Assembly (NCBI GenBank): GCA_016840065.1
Contig: JAEOTB010000031.1
Location: 1 to 29,041 of the forward strand
Source of the DNA: Candidatus Hermodarchaeota archaeon
GTDB lineage: Archaea > Asgardarchaeota > Hermodarchaeia > Hermodarchaeales > Hermodarchaeaceae
Reading direction: 5' to 3'
DNA: 29,041 bases
Under the pieces are notes generated by a model, which was not told the DNA's origin, searched no databases, and saw only the letters and a program-made list of their open reading frames with translations. Shown here piece by piece: positions 8,017 through 17,326 of the stretch. The translations under genes were made by a program, and so were the position numbers. Every line of letters starts with the position of its first letter. Positions within the stretch are counted from its first letter, which is position 1.

Positions 8017-8940
8017 ATGGATAAGGAAACTAAATGGATTATTGGCGTAATTGTTATCGTCGAAGTCGTATTCTGGGTGTTAGCTTTCTACTTTGTGCTT
8101 GGTACAGAATCTAATATCTTTGAAAACCAGCTTACCCATCTTCACTTGTATCTCCCATTTCTTAACGCATTCTACGAAATCATACTCATTGTTGGCTTCT
8201 TACCAGCATACACGATAACGCTAGCCTTTGTTTCGGTGTTTCTTGCAGGAGGATTTTACAAACTACTACGGGCAATTCTGGGGACAAGAGGAATCTACAT
8301 TTACGCCAAGGTCAGAACCACGCGTGTGGTAAGTCTCCGACACTATTATTCAAAAGCACTGTTCCCTGCTTTGCTGGCGATGTCCCTAGCCCTGATACTC
8401 ATCGAATTTAACCATCTGTTTGCATTCATCTTCACTGACGCCCTTGCTGGACCAGAATTGTCGGCTGGTGGCTCCTTTATGATTGTGATGTCATTTCTCG
8501 CCTTACCTTTCTGTACTCTATTTTTCCTCATTTTTACCGCCTTGAATACTACGGGGATCTTCATAACCACAAAGACCCGCAAAGGCGAGACCGAATTAGT
8601 CATGAAACAATTCGGTGACCACTTCCTCCAATATCTCAAAGGCTTCACCGGGTTTGCAGCCATTATGAGCTACGTCTTACTTTTCTTAAAATATGCAGCA
8701 CAAGGTCTTCTCAGCCTCGACTCGATTCCGATGATGACCTTCTCGATTGCCATGCCATTCATGCTTGCCATGTTTGTATTACCCGCAACAATACTCTGTG
8801 AGCGACGTATGTTCAGCGGACACCACTCCCTCAAACCAACAATAAAAAGTCTAACTGATGTCACCGACGAAATCGACGATTTGGAACAAAGATACCGCGA
8901 AAAACTCCAAGACCTTGAACAAAAATTACATGGAGAATAG
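8017..8940 (+). CDS. Multi-pass membrane protein of unknown function with C-terminal coiled coil
   Basis: 307 aa with about 6 hydrophobic helices and a charged helical tail (EIDDLEQRYREKLQDLEQKL); 32 nt after idsA. Confidence 0.7.
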   Translation: MDKETKWIIGVIVIVEVVFWVLAFYFVLGTESNIFENQLTHLHLYLPFLNAFYEIILIVGFLPAYTITLAFVSVFLAGGFYKLLRAILGTRGIYIYAKVRTTRVVSLRHYYSKALFPALLAMSLALILIEFNHLFAFIFTDALAGPELSAGGSFMIVMSFLALPFCTLFFLIFTALNTTGIFITTKTRKGETELVMKQFGDHFLQYLKGFTGFAAIMSYVLLFLKYAAQGLLSLDSIPMMTFSIAMPFMLAMFVLPATILCERRMFSGHHSLKPTIKSLTDVTDEIDDLEQRYREKLQDLEQKLHGE

Positions 8941-9033
8941 CAGTTACTAAAAACTAGAACTACAAAGAACTAGCTGTACAAACTGCTTAGGGTTAGAGCC
9001 ACCAATGCTTGAGGTAGGGGAAAGTGTATCGTT

Positions 9034-10242
9034 CTAGTCTGCAGGAATGTCTAGCGTTGTCCAGTCCACAAAGTCATCCCTTTTACGTTCAATCCGCTTA
9101 CTCAGCCAACCAATCAGATCACGCATCGTCTTGAGTGCCGCTGGATGCATCATCATGAATACATCGATGCCTGCAAGGAGTAGGGCTAGTGCGGTGACCG
9201 ATTCCCAGATGGGGCCTCGGAGTTCTCTTGGTCCGAGTGCGGGGTTCTTCATCCAGGCTTCGCGGGCAGCCCAGGCGTTGGTGGTGCCGCTGCTCATGGG
9301 GAAGGCGAGTTCCTGGTCACCCATTAGGCCAGCGATACGCATCCGCTGCATGATGGTGAAAGCGTACTCGAGGCCGTAGCCGAGGGCGGCTGTTGTGGGG
9401 TCGATGATGATTTGGTCGGGTGTGACGTAGTCTAGGAGACGGCGGTTGAGTTCTTTTTGCTGGTTGATGTCGATGCTCGTCCATGCGAGGACTAGTTGGT
9501 TGTGAGCTTTGGCGGCTTCCGCAACCGGTTTCCACATGTCCATTGTGGCTGAGCAGAGGAGGACGCGTTCACCTTCACAGACTTCTGCTGCCTTGGCGAG
9601 CAAGACTGCGTCCTTTTCGGGGTCTCCGCTGCCTCCGATGAGGATTGGGACATCCACTGCCTGGAGGACGTTCTCGATGGTTTTAGCAGCCTCTGCAGGG
9701 CTGGTGTCTTCGAGAGCGGGGTCGGTGCTGATGAGGTGGAGGGTGATGAGGTCTGCTCCGAACTTGTCCACGACAAGCCGTGCCCAGTCACAGGGATCAT
9801 CCATGACATCCTTATAGTGAGCCTTGACTGCCTTAGCAAGGGGGATACGCATGTCAAAGACATCAGCAGCAAGAATCGGGAGGTGTTTGGGCTTTGCCTG
9901 GAATAGGTTCCAGGCGGGTGACTTGTGCCCACCGATGGTAAGGGCTTTACCTCTAGTACCTCCATCTGCCTTTGTTGCACCAATGATAATTTCCCGGATT
10001 TCACCAGAATAATCAGTGAGGGGGGGCTTGAACTTCGCTTCGAGTAGGGCTGTAGGTCTAGCCACCTCGGCTATACGTTCCAGAGCAGGTCTGACAAAGA
10101 GGGTGAGTTCGTCCACATCTATGGTGATGTTCTCCAGCTCGAGTTCCTCGAACTTGCCGAAGAGTGACTCGAGGGGCCCTAGGATTGATAGGTCGGTTTT
10201 GTCTTTCTGTTTTTCTTTCGGGGGCATAGTTTGAGCCCTCAC
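9034..10242 (-). CDS. cdhD: ACDS (CODH/ACS) complex delta subunit, corrinoid Fe-S protein small subunit
   Basis: FGADLITLHLISTDP, VPILIGGSGDPEKD, DPTTAALGYGLEY, AWAAREAW, MMHP; 4-nt overlap with cdhC. Confidence 0.95.
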   Translation of the reverse strand: MRAQTMPPKEKQKDKTDLSILGPLESLFGKFEELELENITIDVDELTLFVRPALERIAEVARPTALLEAKFKPPLTDYSGEIREIIIGATKADGGTRGKALTIGGHKSPAWNLFQAKPKHLPILAADVFDMRIPLAKAVKAHYKDVMDDPCDWARLVVDKFGADLITLHLISTDPALEDTSPAEAAKTIENVLQAVDVPILIGGSGDPEKDAVLLAKAAEVCEGERVLLCSATMDMWKPVAEAAKAHNQLVLAWTSIDINQQKELNRRLLDYVTPDQIIIDPTTAALGYGLEYAFTIMQRMRIAGLMGDQELAFPMSSGTTNAWAAREAWMKNPALGPRELRGPIWESVTALALLLAGIDVFMMMHPAALKTMRDLIGWLSKRIERKRDDFVDWTTLDIPAD

Positions 10243-11639
10243 TTTCTTCGTTTGTCGATGCGTTTGATGATCACTTTTTCGGCGTAGATGCGGGCGTTCT
10301 TGAAGATAATCTGCAAGCCGCCACCGACACCGGGGACCGTGGCAACCATCTGACCAGGCACCGCGAGACCAGCCTCGGTTTCGGCCCGTTCTTCTTCTTC
10401 AAGGCGTGCCGCTGCTCCGAGTTCTGCCCATCGCTTGACGACCGGGTGGGTGTGGTCTTCAAGATAGGTTTTCAGCTCCTCTATGTCGCTGACATCGTTC
10501 TCGGTGGGAATCTTATCCACCATCTCCTTGGGGATAAATTCAGCCACCCTGTCCTTGACTGCCTTGGGTAACCAGACGATGCGCTCCCAGCCACCATCAA
10601 CCTGGAGGAATTTGGGTGAGCGCAAATACTCGATGGCAAGCCCGTGGAAACCAGGGATCTGGCGGCCACCGGCTGTTGAGTCAGCCATGGTAGAGAAGGG
10701 TAGTCCGTTTACTGCGTTGCCCTTGAAGTCACGATGCATAACACCAAGCCCATCCACTTCAGGGATGATGAAAGCGATAGCCTCGAAGCAGCCACAGCTA
10801 GTGTGGGGCTTCTCGAAAGCACTGTAGAGGCAGACCTCAGTGACTGAACCGAGGGTCTTCTCCTTGTAGGACTGGTTCACGCCCTCGTATTCACCCTTGA
10901 AGCCATCGATGACCTTCCCCTTCGGAATACCAAAGAGTGGTCCCTTGGGATCAACCCGTGCTGCTGCACGTCCATCAAACCAGCTGATAGCACCGCAGTT
11001 AGCATAACGCTGAGCAGTGATAACACACATGTGGGTCGGTGCGAAGGACTGGCAGAGCTGGCATCCATAGAAGGTGTCAACCTCTTCGTCCTTGAGCCCT
11101 CGGGTTCGGGCGTCTCGTGCATCGTAACGGGCAAGGACTTCATCATAGAGTTCTGCGATCTTGTCAGTGTCAGTGATGAAGGTTACCTGAATCTTTTCGA
11201 TAATGGGCAAATCAGTCTTGAAAAGATGAACCAGAACCGTACCCAGATGCTTAAACGAATTGAAGCCCTTCTGATAAGACTTCTTACTGAGGCGAATCCA
11301 GATATCACCGCGCTGGTTAAGATGCATCATGCCTTCTACGAAGTTGATGAATTCGTGGATTCTTCGTTCAATTACTCCTTCGAGGTCTTCTTCGACTTCT
11401 TTGCCAGCGACTTCGACCACTATCCCTAAAGGTACTCGACTACCTTCTTCGATTTGTGGGAGGTCTTGGCCGACGATTTCGATTTTTCCATCTTCGACCT
11501 GGCCTAGTGGTCGGACGTAGGCGATTTCAAATTTTTGTTCGGATTTTGGTCCGCCGAGTTCGACTTGCATGTCGCCTCTCCGGATGCGTTCTCCTTCGAA
11601 TACGACGCCGCACTGGACGGGTAGTTCTTCAAAGCTCAT
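10239..11639 (-). CDS. cdhC: ACDS complex beta subunit, acetyl-CoA synthase
   Basis: FEGERIRR.DM.VELGGP, ERRIHEFIN, A-cluster ligands CQLCQSFAPTHMC..CGAISW and TSCGCFE. Confidence 0.97.
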   Translation of the reverse strand: MSFEELPVQCGVVFEGERIRRGDMQVELGGPKSEQKFEIAYVRPLGQVEDGKIEIVGQDLPQIEEGSRVPLGIVVEVAGKEVEEDLEGVIERRIHEFINFVEGMMHLNQRGDIWIRLSKKSYQKGFNSFKHLGTVLVHLFKTDLPIIEKIQVTFITDTDKIAELYDEVLARYDARDARTRGLKDEEVDTFYGCQLCQSFAPTHMCVITAQRYANCGAISWFDGRAAARVDPKGPLFGIPKGKVIDGFKGEYEGVNQSYKEKTLGSVTEVCLYSAFEKPHTSCGCFEAIAFIIPEVDGLGVMHRDFKGNAVNGLPFSTMADSTAGGRQIPGFHGLAIEYLRSPKFLQVDGGWERIVWLPKAVKDRVAEFIPKEMVDKIPTENDVSDIEELKTYLEDHTHPVVKRWAELGAAARLEEEERAETEAGLAVPGQMVATVPGVGGGLQIIFKNARIYAEKVIIKRIDKRRK

Positions 11640-11643
11640 TTTC

Positions 11644-12198
11644 TTAGGTTCCTCCTACAATTGTTAAGAGTTTTTCAAGTGCCTCATACCAGTTCTCCTC
11701 CTTTAAGTTGGGGAAGGACCAGCTGGCATGGGGCTGGAAGTATCGGCCCAGCGAGACCGTTTTGATTTGCTTGGCGAAGTTAATGAGGCCTGACAACATC
11801 AGCCACTCATAGTAATAGGGGTAACCGAAGGTCAGGACTAGGTCATGGGGGCCTTTGTTATGGGTGCCTTTCCATTTGGGGTCTGTGAGGAGAGGGATGA
11901 CCTCCATCGCACCCATAGAAACGGCTTCTTTGAAGCCTTTTTCTCTGAAGGCTTTGACTGTCTGAGCTGTTGCAACGACTGGGATTTTCGCTTTCTTAGC
12001 GAGTTTAATGAAATAATCCACCATATCGCCAGATTTGTACTTGGTAGTTATCGCTTCAGCTCCTACAATAAGAAGCGGGAAATCCGCCTTCTTCAGTAGT
12101 GCCATGACTACTTCGATTTTCTTAAGCGTTTGGGCCTTTTCGGGTCCACAGGTTTCGGCGGTTTGCCATGGTTCGGCTCGCATCATCTTACTTGTCAC
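11644..12198 (-). CDS. cdhB: ACDS complex epsilon subunit
   Basis: EPWQTAE..GP.KA, PLLIVG, DPKWKG, YY...MLSGL, YFQPHASWSFPN; lies between cdhA and cdhC. Confidence 0.93.
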   Translation of the reverse strand: MTSKMMRAEPWQTAETCGPEKAQTLKKIEVVMALLKKADFPLLIVGAEAITTKYKSGDMVDYFIKLAKKAKIPVVATAQTVKAFREKGFKEAVSMGAMEVIPLLTDPKWKGTHNKGPHDLVLTFGYPYYYEWLMLSGLINFAKQIKTVSLGRYFQPHASWSFPNLKEENWYEALEKLLTIVGGT

Positions 12199-14551
12199 CT
12201 CCGTAGACCATACGCTTGAGAAGCGTTGGGTCTGGAATCGTGCGTTCTTTCCATTTATGTTCTTTCATTTGTGCCTCAATCTTCTTCTTGAGGGTGATGG
12301 GGATGTCGGTCTTTCTCCGTATGTAGCGGTGGACATCATCTGGGAAGAACCCATAGTAGCGTTCGTGGAGGTCGATGTAGTGGCTTAGTTTGATGGCGCG
12401 ACCTTTGCTTGTATCGTTGGGGCGGAAACAGAGCTTTGCGGTTAGCACCATGCATTCCTCCTTGGTTTCCACAGCGTAAAAGAGATGTTCTGGCGCTGGA
12501 GCTATTTGTACACGGTCACCTGTTCGAGCATCATAGACCATCCAGTCCTCGGCTTTGTCTGCACGCCCGAGAAGCATTCGACGGTACTTAGTACCGTGGG
12601 GACCAACGATGACCGGAACGCCTAGTCGCCAGAACCCTGCGGCAATTGAAGCAGCTTTCTGAGACATGGCACCCCAAGAGATACCCACAGCTCCTACGCG
12701 GTTGGCGATGTAGTCGGCGATTTCCTCGTAGTTGCCGCGAAGGTTCCGCTTTGCGAAGATGTTGGCGATTTTGATTGCAGCCCCAGCTATATGCGGGTTA
12801 GATACGCATGATCCGACGTTTAGAACGCCACCAGCTTCGAACGCGCCTGAACGACGTTCATAGATGCTTTTGCCTTCTTCGTCCTTGATGGTGCCAATCG
12901 TCATTGCTGCACAGCCTGAGAGGACGATGATGAAGCGGCGGTTCGCAAATTCTTCGGCCATGTCATGGATAGCCTTTCCGTCATCGGGGTAGTTGCTGCA
13001 ACCGACGTGAGCGATGACCCCAGGAATCTCTCCGAACACGACGGGTTGACCAACGGCACGGATTTCTGTGTCCTTGATGGCGCCTCGTCCTGTTCTCACC
13101 ATATAGGATTCACTTGCCCACTGATCCTTGCCAGCGGTAATCATCCAACTGTGTAAGTCGTATTCGTTGGGGCAAGCGGATTCGCAGCGAGCACAACCTA
13201 CACATTCGGAGTAGATTTTGGCTAATGGTTCAAAGTTACCGTCTTGGGCAGCAAGTACTGCATCCACTATGGGGTAGTTGTTTGGACAGGATCGAACGCA
13301 TTCATAGCATTGACGGCAATGGTCGGCTAGCTCTTTGATTTTCCTTTTGCTGGGTAGTGAGCTTCTGTTCTTACGTTTGGGTTTAACTGCTATTGCGGTC
13401 CTAACGACAATCTCACCAGCCTTGATGGGATCACCAATGAAGACCCCTGGGAGTTTTCCTGATACTAGGTCCGCAACGATATCATCGATGTCGTCGTCTG
13501 TACGATCAGGTAGTCCCATACAAGACTTGTCACAGGTTGCTACCACGGGGGCTTTTATTTTCTGAGCGTGTTCGAGAATGTCAGTGCGGATACACTGCTC
13601 ATCGACTACAACTACATCGGGGTAGCCGCTTCTGACAAATCGCAGTTGCCAAGAAATCGGTCCAACGACCTTTGCTTTAGAGTCATGGCGGGTAATGTCC
13701 CAAGATGTACAACAGATACCACAAACGTCTACCTTGTCACGGAGTCCGTGTTCTGCTGCATAATCAGTTATGGCGGCAGCGGGCACCACATTGTGCCCTA
13801 TACAAAGGATAATCGCCTTTGACTTATCCATCGAGGCTATACCTGCTTGTACTAAAGGTGCCTCAGGATCTGCTTGTGGAAACCCAAGGGTGGAAATCTG
13901 TACAAGGTCTGCGATTTCCATGCCCACCTGGTCAATCATCCCGACATGTAATGCTTTTGACTCAAAATCAATCCAGCTACCCTCCTGACCTGTATGAACC
14001 GCGGATAGAGTATGAGTCAGCTGAGTTTCACAATAATCAAGGATTGTCGAGGCGTCCTCTAAGGTCCGAGGTCGAATCCCTGTCACAAGCCGTGATACCG
14101 GAGCCTCAATGTCAACTCCTTCACCCTGGGTTAAGGGAAAACGAGGACCAAACTCGTGAATCAAATGGTCCACCAAGTGGCGAGAGTGGGCAAGGTGTGC
14201 GGCACAACCGATGTTGCACGCTGCCAGTACAATTCTTGCTGACTGCTCTGTTATATTAAGACCGCAGGCACCCCGTTTGCCTGATGTCAAATCACACTTA
14301 CCAAAGGTGCAGAGGCAGCAGAGCTGGCATAACGGCATGTAGGAGGGCTTCCAGCGGGTGAGAATCTTATGGTCCCAACTTCGAAGGGTCGTAACCTCAG
14401 GCATGGGAGTTGGACCCATGGGCTCGTCCCAATCGTCGTCTATTATTTGACCGACACTTACCTCGAGTTTTTCAAATACACCGAGTTCTGAGTCAAGGCG
14501 GTCAGCTTTTATTCGGGCACGTTTTTGTCTTGTCAAAGCTTCACGTCCCAT
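12188..14551 (-). CDS. cdhA: ACDS complex alpha subunit, carbon monoxide dehydrogenase
   Basis: EPMGPTPMP, CQLCCLCTFGKC, GHNV, GICCT, DEQC, two extra ferredoxin motifs (CRQCYECVRSCP, CVGCARCESACP), GCSNYP, GSCVSN. Confidence 0.97.
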   Translation of the reverse strand: MGREALTRQKRARIKADRLDSELGVFEKLEVSVGQIIDDDWDEPMGPTPMPEVTTLRSWDHKILTRWKPSYMPLCQLCCLCTFGKCDLTSGKRGACGLNITEQSARIVLAACNIGCAAHLAHSRHLVDHLIHEFGPRFPLTQGEGVDIEAPVSRLVTGIRPRTLEDASTILDYCETQLTHTLSAVHTGQEGSWIDFESKALHVGMIDQVGMEIADLVQISTLGFPQADPEAPLVQAGIASMDKSKAIILCIGHNVVPAAAITDYAAEHGLRDKVDVCGICCTSWDITRHDSKAKVVGPISWQLRFVRSGYPDVVVVDEQCIRTDILEHAQKIKAPVVATCDKSCMGLPDRTDDDIDDIVADLVSGKLPGVFIGDPIKAGEIVVRTAIAVKPKRKNRSSLPSKRKIKELADHCRQCYECVRSCPNNYPIVDAVLAAQDGNFEPLAKIYSECVGCARCESACPNEYDLHSWMITAGKDQWASESYMVRTGRGAIKDTEIRAVGQPVVFGEIPGVIAHVGCSNYPDDGKAIHDMAEEFANRRFIIVLSGCAAMTIGTIKDEEGKSIYERRSGAFEAGGVLNVGSCVSNPHIAGAAIKIANIFAKRNLRGNYEEIADYIANRVGAVGISWGAMSQKAASIAAGFWRLGVPVIVGPHGTKYRRMLLGRADKAEDWMVYDARTGDRVQIAPAPEHLFYAVETKEECMVLTAKLCFRPNDTSKGRAIKLSHYIDLHERYYGFFPDDVHRYIRRKTDIPITLKKKIEAQMKEHKWKERTIPDPTLLKRMVYGGDK

Positions 14552-14789
14552 TCTTCATCTTATTTGGGGAAATGGTGCTCTCATTAACGATTATTCTGCA
14601 TTAAAGTCTTGGCGAAATGCGAATCTTTCTTGTTTCCAACACGCGATTTGAATAGTGATATTCCTTGTACGGAAGGATATGAGGAATCCATTTTTTTGAG
14701 GCACCATCATCAAATTTAGTACTAATAGTTGTAGATACGAAATATTAAAGTTTAACACTGTTAAGACGAAGCCTGTCACTATTTGAAGA

Positions 14790-15656
14790 GTGAACATTGT
14801 GTCAAAACCGTCTCCTTCTTCAAGTCAGACTCCAAAGAGCTCTGCTAGCACAACTGATTCAGCTGTCACAAAGCGCATGAAGTCTGTAAAACATAAAATC
14901 GTTATAATGTCTGGAAAAGGCGGCGTCGGAAAATCAACCGTCGCCGTTAATTTGGCAACTGCCCTTGCAATGCGGGGTCACCAAGTAGGCATTCTCGATG
15001 CCGACATCCACGGCCCTGATGTCCCGAAGATGCTGGGCGTGGAGGGTGAACGGATGATGGGCAGCGAAGCTGGTCTCACCCCTGTTCTCGGTCCCCTGAA
15101 CATACGCATCGCTTCTATGGAGTTCCTAATCCAAGATCCTGATACTCCCATTATCTGGCGAGGCCCATTGAAGATGCGGGCCATCAGTGAACTCCTCTCA
15201 AACGTGTTGTGGGGCGAGCTAGATTTCCTTATTATCGACTTGCCTCCTGGAACTGGCGATGAATCCCTTAGTGTAATGCAGCTACTCCCAGAACTGGAAG
15301 GTGTGGTCATCGTCGTTACTCCGCAGGAGGTGGCCCTCCTCGACTCAAGGAAGGCCGTAATGATGGTACGAAAGATGAAGATTCCAGTACTCGGTCTTAT
15401 TGAGAATATGAGCGGCTTCTTCTGCCCCCACTGTGGGGAGCGGACGGATATTTTTGGTTCCGGTGGAGGTCGTAACGCTGCAAAGGAACTGAACCTCCGA
15501 TTCTTAGGTGCGCTGCCCTTTGATCATCGGGCAATGCAGCTTTCAGATGAAGGGAGGCCTTTCATCGCTGCGTCTCCAGACACTCCATTGGCAAAGGCCT
15601 TTGACGAGGTCGTAGAAAACTTACTACCACGCCTTGGTAAACGACATGCGAAATAA
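14790..15656 (+). CDS. mrp: Mrp/NBP35/ApbC Fe-S cluster carrier ATPase
   Basis: SGKGGVGKST, DADIHGP, WRGP, DLPPGTGD, VTPQ, ENMS..CPHC. The start may be GTG 14799. Confidence 0.95.
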   Translation: MNIVSKPSPSSSQTPKSSASTTDSAVTKRMKSVKHKIVIMSGKGGVGKSTVAVNLATALAMRGHQVGILDADIHGPDVPKMLGVEGERMMGSEAGLTPVLGPLNIRIASMEFLIQDPDTPIIWRGPLKMRAISELLSNVLWGELDFLIIDLPPGTGDESLSVMQLLPELEGVVIVVTPQEVALLDSRKAVMMVRKMKIPVLGLIENMSGFFCPHCGERTDIFGSGGGRNAAKELNLRFLGALPFDHRAMQLSDEGRPFIAASPDTPLAKAFDEVVENLLPRLGKRHAK

Positions 15657-15666
15657 GCCAGTCAAT

Positions 15667-16014
15667 CTAACCCCTTCCGTTGGTCTTTGGCTCTCCATCG
15701 AGTGGGGGGTTTTTCGTGTCTGTGATGATGGTGAGGGGGCGGTTCTCGGTGAGAGCGGTGACCACCTTCTTTCTCCCAGATTGGAGCAGTCGCCATACTG
15801 TGCCGCGGGAAATCTCCATTCGTTGCCCCGCTTCTTCTTGATCGAGTCCTTCACTATCTACTAGACGCATGGCTTCTAGCTCAGAGGCTTGGAGAAGGAT
15901 ATGGAATGGGTTGTCGAGTATAGTTGGTGTGAATGTGTTCGGCGTTGGGGTCTGACCAAGTCTTACAGGCTTAGGTGGTCTACCCCTGCCTCCCCATCTT
16001 CGTCTATGTCTCAT
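15667..16014 (-). CDS. DUF134 (UPF0251) HTH DNA-binding protein, copy 1
   Basis: GRPPKP, ELEAMRLVD.EGLDQEEAG.RMEISRGTVWRLL.SGRKKV..AL. Confidence 0.9.
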   Translation of the reverse strand: MRHRRRWGGRGRPPKPVRLGQTPTPNTFTPTILDNPFHILLQASELEAMRLVDSEGLDQEEAGQRMEISRGTVWRLLQSGRKKVVTALTENRPLTIITDTKNPPLDGEPKTNGRG

Positions 16015-16054
16015 GGTTATTCAGCTTGATTGTATCTTGAATACATTTATATAT

Positions 16055-16097
16055 TTCTGTGCATAAGCACATAATAGATATGTGCATAGGCACATAA
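16055..16097. promoter_or_regulatory. Tandem palindromic operators (TATG-N10-CATA type) in a divergent promoter
   Basis: TTCTGTGCATAAGCACATAA at 16055-16074 and ATATGTGCATAGGCACATAA at 16078-16097, 23-bp period. They lie next to a TTTATATA box at 16046-16053. Confidence 0.75.
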
Positions 16098-16103
16098 TTC
16101 AAC

Positions 16104-16418
16104 ATGGAGGCAATAAACCAAATGCAAAGACGAGGCGGTCGTGGCCGTCGAAGAAACAAAGGTCCCTGGCCTGGAAATGGTCCTTTCTCTCATCTACCCC
16201 CATGGGAACGACCGGGATGGAAGTATGGTCCAGGTAGCTGCTGGACCCTCTATCAAAGAAACCAGATACAAACCACACCACAGGCAAGACAGCCTATTAC
16301 ACCATCAGCTCCAATAGACACACGTGAGAACAACTTCTGTGTACACTGTGGCGCTGCTTTAGTGATGAATGCAAGGTTTTGCAGCCAATGCGGTGAACCA
16401 GTGAAAGGAGCACGTTAG
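16104..16418 (+). CDS. Small Gly/Arg/Pro/Trp-rich protein (DUF5320-like) with C-terminal zinc ribbon
   Basis: RRGGRGRRR..GPWPGNGPFSHLPPWERPGW; FCVHCG..ARFCSQCG. Confidence 0.75.
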   Translation: MEAINQMQRRGGRGRRRNKGPWPGNGPFSHLPPWERPGWKYGPGSCWTLYQRNQIQTTPQARQPITPSAPIDTRENNFCVHCGAALVMNARFCSQCGEPVKGAR

Positions 16419-16450
16419 CTAGAGCACCACATAACCTCTGATATATACCT

Positions 16451-17326
16451 TTAAGAGTCGTGGTGTTCTAGCCTTTTTTCTATTCTAGCCCATGCATCAT
16501 TTAATGCCTTTGTTAGCCTATGCTGAGGTGCATAAGTGACAACAGGTTTACCAGCTACAACAGCCTTTGTCATCATATCATCAAAGGGGATATGACCAAC
16601 AACCTCCACACCCTGTTCAGCACAATAGGCTTCAACCTCTTTGGACTTCTGGAGGTTTAAATCGAACTTGTTGATGACTACCATTACTGGAGTCTTGAAG
16701 TGGGCAAACAGTTGCAGGGCGCGCTCCATGTCATGGATGGCAGGAACAGTTGGTTCGATCACTACAACTCCTGCGGAGGCGCCACTAATAGTTGCTATTG
16801 TTGCACACGCGATGCCTGGAGGTCCATCTACAAGTAGAAGTTTCCTTTTCTTTTCCTTTGCTAATTCCTTAGCAAGTTGCCGTACCCGAGTAACCAGTTT
16901 GCCAGAGTTTGCTTCGCCTGGTAAAAGAAGTGCGTGGGCCATTGGACAATACTCAGTTTCTGAGGTGTAGATATGGCCTGAAAGAGTAGCTTCTAATTTG
17001 ACAGCTTCTACTGGGCATACGAGCTTACAAACTCCGCAGCCCTCGCATAAGATGGGATCAACTGTTAGCTCCTCACTGATTGCGTCGAAACGACAGGATT
17101 CTTTGCAGGCAAAGCAGTCAGTGCACAACTCTGGGTTGATGGAGGCGACCTTGGAGGCGATGAAATCCTCTGTTTTCTCCACCTTCGGGGCTAGAAGCAG
17201 ATGAAGATTCGGTGCATCCACATCACAATCGGATACAACATGATTTGTTGCTAGAGCAGCAAAGGCTGCTGTGAGGCTAGTTTTTCCAGTTCCTCCCTTC
17301 CCGCTTACAATCACAAGTTCTTTCAT
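16451..17326 (-). CDS. MinD-superfamily P-loop ATPase with inserted ferredoxin domain (COG1149), copy 2
   Basis: SGKGGTGKT, DCDVDAPNL, CTDCFACKESC, CEGCGVCKLVCP, SGKLV, DGPPGIAC. Confidence 0.92.
   Translation of the reverse strand: MKELVIVSGKGGTGKTSLTAAFAALATNHVVSDCDVDAPNLHLLLAPKVEKTEDFIASKVASINPELCTDCFACKESCRFDAISEELTVDPILCEGCGVCKLVCPVEAVKLEATLSGHIYTSETEYCPMAHALLLPGEANSGKLVTRVRQLAKELAKEKKRKLLLVDGPPGIACATIATISGASAGVVVIEPTVPAIHDMERALQLFAHFKTPVMVVINKFDLNLQKSKEVEAYCAEQGVEVVGHIPFDDMMTKAVVAGKPVVTYAPQHRLTKALNDAWARIEKRLEHHDS

Noticed and set aside
9047-14259. Many 60-170 aa antisense or alternate-frame ORFs over the cdh genes, with similar ones over the kinases, idsA, ATPases and iorA
   Set aside because: They fully overlap well-supported genes and carry no motifs, as expected for antisense shadows.
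16055-16097. Mini-CRISPR or tandem-repeat interpretation of the two 20-bp repeats
   Set aside because: Only two copies with a 3-nt gap, no spacers and no cas genes; the position next to a TATA box fits operators.
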